Source: Lama glama (lineage: Eukaryota). Taken from it: a stretch of 64,000 nucleotides of DNA. The stretch's first letter is position 1. Each line of letters begins with the position of its first letter. Positions 1-13,849 of the stretch are shown here, piece by piece. The stretch lies in contig CM052817.1 in the NCBI GenBank assembly GCA_028534125.1, positions 68,884,001-68,948,000 of the forward strand, in the 5' to 3' direction. Below the pieces are notes generated by a model. It was given only the letters and a program-made list of their open reading frames with translations. It did no database searches and was not told the origin of the DNA. The translations under genes were made by a program, and so were the position numbers.

Positions 1-1219
1 TTGAGGTTAATTCTATTTAATCTTGCATAGGTTAATAAGCCTGTTTACTTCTCAAAACTCATGGAACTGTATTTAGGAGTGCACATTTCACTAGCTAAAT
101 ATCTCGGTTAATAACAACCAAAAATGACAATGGCTGAAACATACCAACAATAGCTAAAATTGAAAGCAATACACATACATTTAAACTATATTTAGAAAAT
201 TAACATTTCAGCTTATGAATAAAAAATTATCTCTTCACAAATGTGTGTTTTCTTATCTTCAAATAAAGCATATAGACAGGAAGTAAACTCTTTTTTCTAA
301 GAGTCTACTTAACATAGTTTCTCTCTCAAGTTGGAAATATATGTATAAGACTTATTCATATCTAACTTTAATTTGTCAACTAGTATTAATTAAAAAGAAT
401 CAAATTTACAATGAATTCATAGCTGTTACACTGATAATTCTTTTAATATTTTAGAATTTTCAGTAAATTATAAACTAGCCCAAAATGTAATTAAATAGGC
501 ATAGTTATTGTAAACACTGTATTTCAATAACTTAAAGGTCTTTTTTCTTAAATGATGTGTGTGAAAAAATATTTCCTTCATTATAATTCTGGAGAATTTG
601 TGTTTTATATTATTCTGTGATTTTAGAGAGTTTCCTCAATATGGACTAATTGTTGAAAGAAGCATTTTTGGTTATCCATGAGCAAATTTAGGAATAATGT
701 AAATTATTTATTTTCTGCACATGAGCAGTTGAAAGACTACATGGTTTCCTTGGGATAGCTGGCAGATGGAACTGTGACTGCTGCCAGTGTTTATCTAGAA
801 TTGATATATATTTTTTGATAAGGAAAGCATCACACACATTTTATATAGCCAGCCAGTTATTCTTTGCATAGCTTTTGCCAGCTCCACAGATGTGATTGAG
901 TTGATGACAGTTTCCCCAGGCTAAGTTCCTGGGATGCAGGTGAAAGCCAATGAAAATCACATCATGTTTCTGAGCTATGATATAGTTTATTAACAACCTA
1001 ACCTGCATGATATTAATGAATTTTTAAATCAGCTTACAAAAAGGAGCTTATGGGAGAACTAAACAGTTTACAAGTTTGGTAATTGATTGATACTTAATCA
1101 TTTATTCTTTCAAGTCTCATTCAGTAAACATGCACATACGGATATGCACATAATAGGTTCACTTAAGACATTTGTAGTATAGTGGGGAGATATTTGGGGG
1201 TGGGTAGCATTTATTGGCT

Positions 1220-2110
1220 GGCCGTTACATGCCAGGCACTGAGAATACACAGACATAATAATAGCAAATGATATATTTTTTGTTTTCAATGGGCTCACAG
1301 TTTGAAAGGAAAGACACTGACCTGACATATTATAAGAGTACAGAGTGCTATGAAGGAAATAGCACAGGGTGCATATAGGCAGGGAAGTTAACCTAGATTT
1401 AGGGCATGGGTTTTATGGGGTTTCTGGGGAAGTATAACATCTTACATGAGTTTTGAAAAACTGAAAATTCTTAGGAGTTCAGGAGATAGGAAAAAAGGTA
1501 GAGACATTTCAGGAAGAGCAAAAAAATCACTGTATAATTATGAATACCTGAAAGGAGATGAGAGCATAATCAGGAAGTGGTAAGGGGTTTCATTGTGGTT
1601 GGGTAGGGTACTTGGAAGGGATGTGAAGAGACTGAACACAGCTGCTAGGTTGGGATGTGAAGGGTGTTAACATGCTTTTCTAGAATGCTTTGATTTTATC
1701 CCTCAAGAAGCATAGAGCCAGCTGATGTCTTCAAGCAGAAAAGGGATATAATCAAACATGTTTTTTTCAAACGGTAGTGTGGAAAACGAGCTTGAGTAGA
1801 AAAAAACTGACGTTAGAATATACAGTTGGTAATCCATGGTGATAGTCCAAGTAACAGATGAAGGCATCCTGCATAAAGATAACAATGGGAGTAATGGAGA
1901 GGAGGGGGTCAATTCAAAATTACTAGTAGGTAGAATTGATAGAATGTCTCTAGTTTGGTATGGATGGTAAGGGAGTTAGAAAAATCAAAGATGGCTCCTG
2001 TCAATTTGGGGTGACTGGATGCATAATGATATCATTAAAAAAAAGATAAAGGTATATGAGAAGAGAAATAGATCTGACAGAGGAAATTTACTTTCTTAAG
2101 TTTGAGGTAC
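1220..2110 (-). mobile_element. L2 LINE fragment(s), old
   Basis: Purine-rich degenerate sequence with L2-antisense-like phrases (e.g. 'gccaggcactgagaatacac', 'atagtccaagtaacagatgaagg'). Recognised from memory of the consensus; boundaries approximate. Confidence 0.6.
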
Positions 2111-2439
2111 CAGTATTAGATGTTCTGCAAATGATTAATTATATATATATATTAATTAACAAACTGACACAGTTAGCATCTAATATTTGTCTTCTCCTAC
2201 CACTGCCAAACTAAAGACTTCTAAGCCAATGTTTATTAGAAGGCTACAAGGAGCTCAAGAGAAGATTGCAAATTCTCCTAGATAAGTGCAAAGTTATGGG
2301 AAAAACATGTAACTATGGGAACATTTAGAAATGCCACTCTTCTCCAGGCTTTCTCTATGAATTCCAAATCCTCATAGACCCTTTTGTTTGAACTTTTAAT
2401 CTTTTCTGCTGCTTTTCTCTCATTCCTCTCCAAGTTTCC

Positions 2440-2870
2440 TTATCCTCCTTCAGTTTCTGGACCTCATACTGGATATAATACTCTAACAAGTGCCTGACCA
2501 ATGCCCAGTGGGACAATTGCTTCAGAATTCTTGCATGTTTTGTTCTTGTTAGTGCATTCCTCTATCTTGCTGGCTTTTAAAATAACAGCAATGTGCTGCT
2601 GACTCATGTTCAGTTAAACATTCGCAGTGGCACTTCTTAGCCTCTATGGCAAACCCTTTCTTCCTCATCCTGAATTCATATCATGTGTTTGTTTTCCTCT
2701 CTTGATTGCCTTCCTGCCCAGTATTTGCTTTTATTTCAATTTATAAGGATCATTCTGGATTTAAGTTATGTCTTCAAAGGAACCAGGTATCTTTTCACTT
2801 TTGTGTGTTAATCCAATTCCAAAAGTAGGTATTATTTCTCAGCTACTCCAAGTCACTGATGAACAGATGG
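2440..2870 (-). mobile_element. CR1/L3 LINE fragment
   Basis: L3-like phrases 'actggatataatactctaacaagtgcctgaccaatgc', 'gctgctgactcatgttcag', 'tttcaatttataaggatcattctggattt'. Confidence 0.55.
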
Positions 2871-3749
2871 GTATGCAAGCCAGTGATGAGGGCAAGAGTC
2901 TTAAGGCTAATGACATCATTTTCTGGAGGCACCTTGGGGAGGTGACTTTACCTGTTGTTCTCTTGGCACATACCAAAGAGTGAGAACAAGGATATTATAT
3001 TATCAATTATCAAATACTGTAAAAGCAAAATAATGCTTGTCACATTAGAGTGTTCAAAAACCTTAGTTTCCCTCCCTTTTCACTCTCTGAATAAAGAAGC
3101 AAATGTTATTTAATCCTCACTATGAAGAAATAGGTGTTCTTATAAGTCAGAAGTTAAAATACCTTGAATAACTGACTTTATAGATTATAGAATAAAATTA
3201 ATTTTGATTTACAAGTAAATTTATACCACTGGAAAAGAGACTGTGCTGCTTCTTCTATAGGTAAGCCAACAACCAGAAAAATTATGATTTGGCCCAAATC
3301 ATAGAAATATTGTATGACATCACATTAGAGTGTATGTTCTTCTTTTAAAAAATAAGTGTATCTTAACTATTTTAAGCATGTCTAAATGGCCTTCAAAATC
3401 ATAATCTAAATAGACATGCAACCTCTTCATCAGGTAGACATATAATCATTTCCATAATTGAACAGTATCCAATTTTTTGACATTTGGCTGATATCCAGTG
3501 TCCCACAATTATAAAAAAATTATGCAGTAAGTGTTTTTAAAAGAGCTAGGGTTAATAATTCCAATGGATAAGTTATTACATTGAATAAAAGACATATTAA
3601 GTAACTAATTTTAATACTTTAATAACTAACACATTTTCTAGTCATGCTTTTCTGTACGTGAGAATTAAAACACATACTGATAGATCTCAGGTGAAAATTT
3701 GGTAATTAAATATTAGTGTTTCCACCAAATCTTCCACAAGTAGGTAAAA

Positions 3750-3950
3750 ACATCATTCATTCAGTAAGTATTTCTTGGGGACCTGCTATGTCCTGGGCAC
3801 TGTGCAGTGTTAAGGACACAAATTTGCAAAAGAAATAGTCATCATTTTTGAGGTGCATACAGTCTTGTGGGATGGTGCACATATGTTAACAGACACTGAA
3901 ATAAAATACGATGAATGAATGTTATAGAGAAATGTACATGGAACATCTTT
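3750..3950 (-). mobile_element. L2 3' end
   Basis: 'cattcattcagtaagtatttcttggggacctgctatgtcctgggcactgtg' is a typical L2 3' terminus in antisense. Confidence 0.7.
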
Positions 3951-5711
3951 GTGAACCCTTCTTTGTGCTTCCCTTATAAAAGCCCATTCAAGGTACAGCT
4001 TACAGCTGTCACTGCCCAGAGGACCCAGACAAATGCAGTGAATGGTACTTTTTAAGTTCTAAGCTTCTGGTTATTTTCCCTCCCTTCCTCCCACTTCCCC
4101 TTCCTCTCTTTTATCTTCAATTTTATTTATTAAAACTGTGGTCAGTCACTGTGTATAGTTTTCAGAATATAAAAAGAAACGAGACAGGCATAGTTTCTGC
4201 CTTCATGAGCCTATGATGGTGTGGGAAATAAAACCAGTAAATATTTATGATGTGAGATGAGAGGGAGGAGGCTGAACGAGGAAGCCCAAGGCCCCTGGTC
4301 TTGCTTTCTTAAGACCAGTTCTATTTTCATCTGCTTTGGGAATAAAATGTTGACAGTTTAAGGTTTCATTAAAAGGGACATACATACACACATTCCTCTT
4401 CTGCTTAAATATAGATTTGAGATCTAGCATATTGAAATGTGTAATTTATTTATAAAAACAGTTGTATGATAGTTCAAGTTGAATTTAAATATGATTAAAA
4501 CCTGAATCTATTTTTCAGTGTTGGCAGAGATCCCAATCTGTTCAATTAAAATGTTGAACAGATGTGGTAAACAGTACATTTTGAGTTTTATTTTTCTCTT
4601 ATTTTCACATTCAGATTTCAGTCACTGAAAGAAAGCAAACCTTGTTACAATTGTTGCTGTATGGTTTCCACATGACACTAGTGCATTGACAGTTATGCCT
4701 GGACAGAGGTCTCAACAACTCAAATACAAATGCAGTCTTGGCATCTCTCTAAGATTTGTTTCAGTAACATCTCTGGTATGGTACAGACGTCAGTGCCAAT
4801 TTCTTGGGTCCACCCCAAAGCCAGTTTTCTGGCTTTCAGATTTCTAAGCTTCTCTCCGTACCATGCTAGTTTCAGGGCCTGGAAACAAGAGAAGACAGAA
4901 TCGGTTATTTTCATTATGAAATCTCACATCAAAAATATTATGCAATTCACTTGCTGAAGTTTTCTTGTTTTAACTGCATATAAAAGGACCCAAACATTTG
5001 AATCTAGATTTTAATTAACACCATGGATTTGATTTGGATCAAAGATTCTGTGTAGCCATATTCTGATATTAAGATGATTTATACCATTTGCACTATTTTT
5101 AGGAAAAGTGCCCCCTCCTACACACACATCACTCTCAGGTAAATTAATAATACAGTTAATTATCCAACTTATTAATAGATTTTTTAAGAAAATCTTTCTT
5201 CTCTTCATTTTATATCATAATTTCTACCCATCTTGTTCCTCTATTTAAAGCCAGTGATTTCTTTGTATGAAGGATGAAATATTCAGCTTCCTTTGTAAAA
5301 GCCATCTATTGACTTTCATCACTTTCTTTTGAAACATGATTAAAATAAAGCAAGGACACTCTGCTCTTGGTCCTGCCTCAGTTGCTGGGAGCAGCTTGCA
5401 AACTGGGAATTATTCCTGCGGGCTACAATCAGGAAAGGGCTGACTGGGAAGGGCATCTTCTTGTGAATCATTGTTCCAAACTCATAAAACTCTCACTGAT
5501 AGAAAGCTTTATTAGAGCTCCAAAATACTTTGCAATTGTTAGTTGATCAATCACATCTTCAGCCTCAGGGCTCTGAGTAATTTAAAGTTTAGGTTTTTTC
5601 CTTTGTAGTTTGCGGTATTCACTATAGCACCATTTATTTTGAGCTCCTGATCTTGGCTTTTTTTGGATGTTTCTCTTGGATGTGTTTGTAGTTACCTTTC
5701 CTAATTTTGCT

Positions 5712-5873
5712 AGGATGCCCAAGGGGCTTGGGACATGGCTGTCTACAAATTAATATAAAAATGAACTACATTTTCATTTTTGTCATCTGCCAGGATGCCC
5801 AAGGGGCTTGGGACATGGCTGTCTACAAATTAATATAAAAATGAACTACATTTTCATTTTTGTCATCTGCCAG
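5712..5873. repeat. Exact 80-bp tandem duplication (2 copies)
   Basis: 5712-5791 is identical to 5792-5871 (unit aggatgcccaaggggcttggg...tgtcatctgcc); identity extends 2 nt further. Confidence 0.97.
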
Positions 5874-8234
5874 AATGCCATTTGAAATCTTCTCTTGGAC
5901 TATGAATATCCCAAATACTCACCACAGTGAAATTCAGGTGCAAAGTAAATAGCAGCTCTGGTATCAGCATCCATCTAGCTAAGGGGAAGTGGAGAATTTT
6001 TATGCCTATTATTAATTGCAAACAGATTGTTCACTGTATGCTATTTGAAACAGAGGTGGAGTGAGTGATTTAAGAATCTGTATTTTAAGTAATCATGTAT
6101 TTGCACACCCACAGTTTGCCTTCTTCAAGGCTGTGAAACCACAGCCAATAGAGAAATGAAAACTTTGCAGTGCCAAAAAGCAATTCAGGTTGAAATAGGT
6201 GATTTTCTATTGTCTAACTCACCAAGATCTTTCTTTTGCTGGTTCTCACTTACACAAACATTGTAAGAAAATGGCTTCTCAGTAAGTAATGTGCCTCCTT
6301 AAAGAAACAAAAATAACAAAAAAACCAGACACCTAATCTGACAGTGCAAATGACATTTGTAGTGCTAAGCAGTAGTGTAGAGGTGACCAGATGGCCTCTG
6401 GATCTCTCAGCACAGTCTGGCCACAGTGCCCCTGAAGCCCTTACTGCCTGCAGTGTGAATTGGCTGTGGCAGCATTTCCACATCTGCTATGTTCACACAC
6501 AGGATCCGTGTTCAACAGATAGCTCGTCCCATATCGGGGCCTGGATTTTAAATGTGTATTGTTAGCTAAAAGGAGGCCTCGTTCCAGCTGGCAATGGGGG
6601 GTGGATTGCCAAATGCAGAATTTCATCTGAACTGGGACTCACATTATCTGAAGCACATTTATGTTGGTGCGAGGAAGGCTGGAGTCACAACAGATAAATT
6701 GAAAGATTGTTTCATGATGGATTACACAAGACACTGTTTTTCCAAAAAATGTTTTCTATCACACAAAGGCCAGAGATCACATAACTCCTGTTCAGGATCA
6801 TCCATCAAGCAGACTTACTCTCACCAAAAGGCTAAGTTGCCAAAAAATGGAGTGTCAGAAGGACTTCAGCATTTGGGATTATATGTAATACGAATCATAA
6901 TCCAATGACTCTGAAGATGGCTGAGTGCCTGTGCTTCAGGCTGAGATCTTGTTTTATTGAAATCAAGTGTAAGGCATCCGAATAAATTGACCAAATTCAA
7001 AAAACAGCTGTTTAATTACCATCTCAGACTAGAAACCTCTTTCAGGTGATTTTGGGATAAATGAAAGAAAGAAATGATCCAATCTCTAGGATACTTAGAT
7101 TTAGTTGAATGAAGGTATTGACAATTATATGTATGGATGGCAGTTAAATGTATTTACATAATAAGCTCAGCCAAGTGGTGGTTGTGGCAGTGGTGGAATC
7201 TTGGGGAGAAGGCAAACTTTTTAGAGTGTCTTGCTATTTTTTGTGCATTCTCAGGTAATATAACGTTATTCCAAGCACTGAGATAAGCCAGGCAGCAATA
7301 TTACTGAGTCTACCACAAGCAGAACTAAGCAGTTGGTACAACAATTTTGAGAGAAAGAACAGAGTCACCTCAGTTAAAAGCTAACTTCTAATGAAAGCCT
7401 TGGAATCAATATGTTTGATTTTGTTTTCAAAAAAAAAGCTTTTCCTTCATATTCTAGTCAATGCTTTGAAAGATCTGTCTTTAGAATAGTTGTGAAAATT
7501 TTTTCTTTGTATATATGTATGTTCAAACAGACCTTGTAGACAAAAATAACAAATAGGGTTTGCTTATTTCCTAAAATTATAGAAGACAGATTTTAAGAGA
7601 GGGCCATTAACATGCTAAGGTGACATTCTATTCTATCAAATTGATTAAATTGAGAAGTAGGGAACACACATGTTGATTGCAAAGGAATTTTCATAGTCTG
7701 ACCAGACCAAGATAAAAATTCTCTTGCTAAATTGTGTAAATAGCCTGGCCTAACCCACTTTCCTATTTTAAGGAGTAATGGAAATTTAAATTATTGACGT
7801 ATCTAGATACCCCTTATATATATATATATATGAAACTTTGAACTATTTCCTTCTAAAAATTTCAATTCTTTTTATTGAATGATTTTAATACCAGGAACCA
7901 GATTATCCCCAGGGCCTAACAAAAGCCCTGAGATTTTCTGTCTCCTCAGCAGGCAAAGCCTCATTTCTCATTCCCATCTTCTGATTCCTACTGACTGAGA
8001 AAGATCCTATTTCAGGTTCTGGGACATTCTGCATGACTCAACCTGGGGGATTTAAGGCAAGATAAAGGGAGTCCAGTATTAATAAATCAATTCATTAGTG
8101 GCTTCAGGATCTTAGAGAGCAATTTTTAGTACCTAGTTTTATAAATCATTAGGGTCTCACAAATTCCAGCTTTCCCTTTAATTCACTCTAACTTTTACCA
8201 CATTTTCGTTTGGTGACTAAGAGACTTAGGAAAC

Positions 8235-8460
8235 AGCTGTAGCATAGTAGAAAGTCACTGGACTGAAACAATGAAGACCGGGGTTCTAGCTCCAGTCCTC
8301 TCATTTAAAAACTGTTCTTGGGCAGTTGTCTGAACTTCTTTGAGACTCAATTTCATCATATAATATAAGAACATCACTAGCAACCTATATGGTTATTGTG
8401 AGGGTTAATTGTGCAGAGTGTTTAAAGCGAAGTGCTAGGCAAATACTAGATATTATTGGG
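8235..8460 (+). mobile_element. MIR SINE
   Basis: 'gtagcatagtagaaagtcactggactga...gggttctagctccag...gagactcaatttcatcatataat...ggttattgtgagggttaa' follows MIR core architecture. Confidence 0.75.
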
Positions 8461-10424
8461 TTCTGTCCAATGAATGGCAAATAAAACAATATAACAATTA
8501 AAATCAGAACAATAGAAAGATGTGGTTTCTTTAGCATCAATTATAAATATTTATATTGAAATCTAATTCCTACTTGAGTTTCGCGATCTGTATTCTTGTC
8601 ATCTCTTCAATTAAATCGGCTGCCCAAATTGAGAAATGCTATCTACTCTCCTCAGATATACTAATCTCTGACCCATCCTCTTATAACTAAAGATGAAATG
8701 AAAAAACTTGTAAGAAAATTTAGCAAAGGCATTCAACTCGTGTTCCTCCACTCACGTGCTACACCGACCTTTAAGGATGGAGCTGTGGAAATGGATCAGG
8801 TGGAGAGAAATCTGCAAGCCTCTCTGGTGTGACTGAGCTGTCCATGCTCAGTGGCTGGGAGCGGGAGTGCTGGGGCCAGCTGAGACACTGGCACTCAGGT
8901 ACTGTACCTCGTTGGCCATAAAACCTGGGCTGGGCCTCCGATGCTCTAGACCACTTGGTGGTGTTTGGTGAAGTGTTATAGTGTAGAAGTAAATTCTTTA
9001 CTTTTGAAACAAAGGGATAGAATTAGTCTTCCCTCAGAGTTATGGAGGGCTGAACCAGACAGAAAAACAGAATGGGGGAATGAACATCTTGAGTGAAAGG
9101 AACAGCCCCCCCTTAGTGAGGGTCACCCTGCTCTGAAACTGCTATACTCTTGCTGTGAAACTGGTGAAAGCACATTATACACCCTCCTCTCTAGAGTCCA
9201 CCCTGGCAATGTAATACTCATAATCTTTGGCTCTCAAGTACCTCTTAAAAAGAATAAGTTTTGGAACAATATCCTTGCACTTTCCTATTATGCACTTCCA
9301 AAATCCTGTCCTGTAGTTGACCCATGAGCCTAACGCTCTGTCATCCCTTCCAGGAACATCCAGGTGATATGTCTGCCATCAGGTTACACCTGCTTAAGCC
9401 AACAAGTTTAATTGAATACACAAAACAAGTATAACAGAGGTTTGGGGGGTTTTTTTTGAAAATAGCATTATTTTCTTGTAATCCTATACTCCACTAGATG
9501 TGATCCACATAGAGAAAATGCAGGCATTTTGCTTCTGTCATTTCAATACAAAGCAATTCCATGAAAACCAGCTGCTGGCTGGGTTACAATTTATCAGCTT
9601 GTTAGTCAATAACCTTAGCTTTCTTTACATATGTGAATGAATATGGCTTGTGGATTCCTCTGGGCACATTCTAGTTTGCCAAAAAATTAATCTGCAGGAA
9701 AAATGTACTAGCTCTCCTTTGGAACCATGTAGAAGCTATGAAATGCTAAATGAGAATATTAAATCTGATATTTGAGGGTCATGGTTGTGCTGTGCTGAAG
9801 AAATTATTCAGAACTTCTAATTTTTTGGCATCAGGAACCTATGAAGATGAAAATCCTCCCCTAAATTCTTCCAAATCCTTTGTCTTCTGGCTGTTCGCTT
9901 ACTGTTTTCAGGCCTGGACTCTTAACTGGAGAACAAGCCCTGAGAAACTCTTTAATTTATTTTTCTCCATCATATAGAGTAAGCTAATTTATGTAGTTTT
10001 GAAAAAATGCAAAACAGTTTACAGAAAATATGCAAAATAGTTTATACTGTTTTTAATGTTTCTTTCCTTTTTCCACTCCTCTCCACCAGTTCTCATTAAC
10101 TACCTCCATTGCTTTTCAGCAAGTTGAAGGAGGCTAGATTGACAACTGCTGTTTCTTCCTAATGCTTGATAATCTTTTGGGAGAAAAGTACTCTGTACTG
10201 CTCTTCTGTATCATTTGCTATAGATCTTGAAATAGAAGACTATAAAAGGGCTATTATACAAATCTATTGTGTAATGCCATTTTCAATGGAGTATGAAAAC
10301 TCCATTATAAATGTATGAAGGTTAAGTCACAGTTTATCTAATACAGATTATATTTTGCAGAATCACTGGAATTTATCCCATTCTTACCATTTCCATAGAG
10401 TAATTTCTAAGGTCCATTGTTAAG

Positions 10425-10645
10425 TCCCATAGAAAGCAGGTCAGTGGTTGCCGCAGCTTGGAAATAGGGGAAAGGCTGACTTCAAAGTGGCATGAGAAAA
10501 CTTTGGGAGATGATGGAAATATTGTATACTTTCCTGTGGTGGTGATTATACAACAGTAGACTAAATTCAGAGAACTGTACTGTACAATGGTTGAAATGTA
10601 TTGTTATGTAGATTATACCTCAATTAATTAGAATTAAGAAAAATC
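10425..10645 (+). mobile_element. Old L1 (L1M-type) 3' end
   Basis: 'atagaaagcaggtcagtggttgcc...gatgatggaaatattgtatac...gattatacctcaat' followed by an A-rich tail. Confidence 0.75.
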
Positions 10646-10857
10646 CCAGAATAATACGTGAGAGAACAAGCTTATTAACATAAGAAAGACAGAAAATAAC
10701 ACAAATCATCTTGAGCTACGCCGCTGTCCATGCCTGTGGACATCTATACCCACATCTGCACCTGTGCCAACTTCTCTCTGTTGCCAAATTTGAATATAGC
10801 CAATATTGCTATCTCTGCCTCTACCTTTACCTGCACTCAATCTTTGTCATTTAATTT

Positions 10858-11115
10858 AGGGACAGTATTGCATGGTATTTAAACATGGAATCTGGAATAA
10901 AAATGTCTGAATTCAAATCTCAGCTGAGTCACTACCTCTGTAACATGGGCAATTCACTTATTTTCTCTGTACCTCAGTTTTATTATCTGTAAAATGTAGA
11001 CAATGATAGTTCCTATTGATTTATTATAAGGACTAAATAACTTATCACTTATAAAAGTCATTGGCACAAATCCTGGCACATGGTAAATGCTGTATGTATT
11101 TTGACTATTATTGTT
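10858..11115 (+). mobile_element. MIR SINE
   Basis: 'ctgaattcaaatctcagctg...ctctgtacctcagttttattatctgtaaaatg...cctggcacatggtaaatgct' plus a tatt-rich tail. Confidence 0.8.
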
Positions 11116-11845
11116 ATTGTCTATATCTATAAATGCATAAAAATGGTTTTCCAATATTTCCTTTGAAGTCTGTGGTATTGGGGAAAGGTGAATCTCTATT
11201 TTATATGTTTTATATGTATATAATTTTATAATCATCACATATTACTTGTTATAACTTTTGAATTAAAGGCAAAGAAATAAGCAAGCAATGTATATGTTTG
11301 CTTGGAGAATATATATTTATCTTTTGGTAATAGGAACTTTCTGCAGTTTTGTGCTTTGACCAAATTAGTCTCCATTTTCCTGGAGGGCAGAAGGCTGGCT
11401 AAACCTTGTCCTCAGGTGATGCAGATGGGATCAGAGAGTCGGATGCTACAAGTCAGTATAGTTCTTCAGAGGGTGCTGCCTCTAGCAAGGCAGGGGCCGC
11501 TGCCCCCACTCACTTTGGAGTACATTTTTGCTGCATCTCACCATGACTTTGCAGTTTTAACTGAAAGAATGGCTCTATCCTTGTATACATATGGGCATAC
11601 AGAGTTTTAACACCTGAAGAGCTCTGAGGTTAATGATTTTCAGACCTAAAGTGAGCCAGATTAGGCTTGGGACCTAGACCCATTATGGGGAAAGTTGCCA
11701 TGGAAAGAAACCTCCTTGAAAATCCCAGGTTGTGGGAAAGCCTCTTTGGAACAAGGTGGGAGAAATTCCCTTTGATTTAATGCTGACATGCAGCTGAGCC
11801 ACAGAGGTGGAAACCTAGATTTACTTTGTACGTAATTTGATGATT

Positions 11846-12345
11846 NNNNNNNNNNNNNNNNNNNNNNNNNNNNNNNNNNNNNNNNNNNNNNNNNNNNNNN
11901 NNNNNNNNNNNNNNNNNNNNNNNNNNNNNNNNNNNNNNNNNNNNNNNNNNNNNNNNNNNNNNNNNNNNNNNNNNNNNNNNNNNNNNNNNNNNNNNNNNNN
12001 NNNNNNNNNNNNNNNNNNNNNNNNNNNNNNNNNNNNNNNNNNNNNNNNNNNNNNNNNNNNNNNNNNNNNNNNNNNNNNNNNNNNNNNNNNNNNNNNNNNN
12101 NNNNNNNNNNNNNNNNNNNNNNNNNNNNNNNNNNNNNNNNNNNNNNNNNNNNNNNNNNNNNNNNNNNNNNNNNNNNNNNNNNNNNNNNNNNNNNNNNNNN
12201 NNNNNNNNNNNNNNNNNNNNNNNNNNNNNNNNNNNNNNNNNNNNNNNNNNNNNNNNNNNNNNNNNNNNNNNNNNNNNNNNNNNNNNNNNNNNNNNNNNNN
12301 NNNNNNNNNNNNNNNNNNNNNNNNNNNNNNNNNNNNNNNNNNNNN
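11846..12345. other. Assembly gap, exactly 500 N
   Basis: Run of N from 11846 to 12345. Confidence 1.
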
Positions 12346-13849
12346 AAGGATTTTTATCTCATATTTTAAGTGCCTCTGTATTTTCATTAAGGCCTTAAGG
12401 ATGGGTCCTAAAGGCTCTATTTTTGAATGCATCTGAGCCATTCAGATATAATTTAAGGTTGTGAATTGCTCATCAACAAAATCAAGTGAACAATTCTTAG
12501 TTTCTATGAAGGTTATATTGAACAGTTAGGGTCGGTCTTTGCCAGTTCACAGGCTGGATTTTTATAACTGCCTCAGAACTTGCTTATATATTTGTGAACT
12601 TGTAGGAAACTCACATTTTAAAGGCAAGTCCTGGCTTTTAAGTTAATCACCTGGTTTGATAATGCAAAGCTGATTTTCCTTTAAGGTGGCTTACTTGGTG
12701 TGTTTATTCTATTCTTATTTTTGATGGATCACGTAAAATGTAGCAGATTGTCATGAGCTCAAAAGGATGTGTTTTCTGTTGAATCACAGCTAGAGCGGAA
12801 TTGGTTGAAATTTGAGCTCCTTCATTTGACCTTAATGTAACCCTGACCTGGGAGGACAGCATGTCTCTAGGGGTGAAAGATAATTTAATTTCCATGCATG
12901 TCAAGTCCTCTGTTTCTTCTGTGTGGAGGCTGCAGAGAAGTGTCAAATTCTGCAGAATCAGGTGTTCTGTGTTGGAGATGTGGAATACATTCTCCAGGGG
13001 TTAGAGTTGAGACCACCAAGTAGACTTCATTTTAAGGCCTTAGGGGAGCCCTGAAACCATAGATTGTGAAGATGGAAAATATTTCTTTACCCTGTAAACT
13101 ATTCATCTTCCATTTCACTTTTAATACGTGTACTTATGATAGCATCAACAAATAAAGTTCCAAAGGCCATGCTTAGAACATCTAAGTTTATTATTTTATA
13201 CTTTTCCAGCTGAAAACAATGGTTGAAAATTCCAGTGTGTCCAACAGTGGAATTTAAGTTTCTAATGTATTCCCTCTGTTTTTCATTCCCAAAGAATTGT
13301 AGCACACTGCTCACAAAGATTAAATGTAGGAAACTCTGCAGTATCTACAAGATAAGGCTAATTCCACTCAGCTACTTGAATTTCCTTCTTTTCCCACATA
13401 TCTCTGGTTTGCGGAATAGTTTATTACCCTGTAAAGCAATGAAAATTTCCAGAAGGCCAAAGTTAGTGGCCTAACATGATTTAACACTTCTGTGATTCTG
13501 AAATCATAGTTACATAGTTCAGTACAAGGTGATCTCATCTCCGTTTCATACTGCTAGCCTCTCCGTGGAACTCCAAGGTCATTATCCTACTGTAAGAACT
13601 CCTCCATTCTTGCAAGTAAATTATAGTAGCAAAGGAGGAAATCGTTTTAGAATGGTCATTGGATGAGTCATGAGTGAGGAAAATGCAAAGAATAACTCCA
13701 GCTGAGAGACACTTTGTAAAGCTCCTACTGGCTTGGCCATGGTAGACTCCTTCCACAATAAAAACAAAACAAAAAAATTTTTTTAAGAAATCCAGAGAGC
13801 AAAATTATACATTTGACTGTGGTAATAACTTACAAGAGGAGGAGTTTGC

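Noticed and set aside
4720..4900. Strong minus-strand splice acceptor (ctgtcttctcttgtttccag) opening a short frame
   Set aside because: No recognisable protein in any frame and no partner exon.
10285..10306. 8-bp perfect hairpin aatggagt/actccatt
   Set aside because: Too short for a pre-miRNA; expected by chance.
11821..12441. Two ORFs of about 200 aa in the ORF track
   Set aside because: Artefacts of translating through the 500-N gap.
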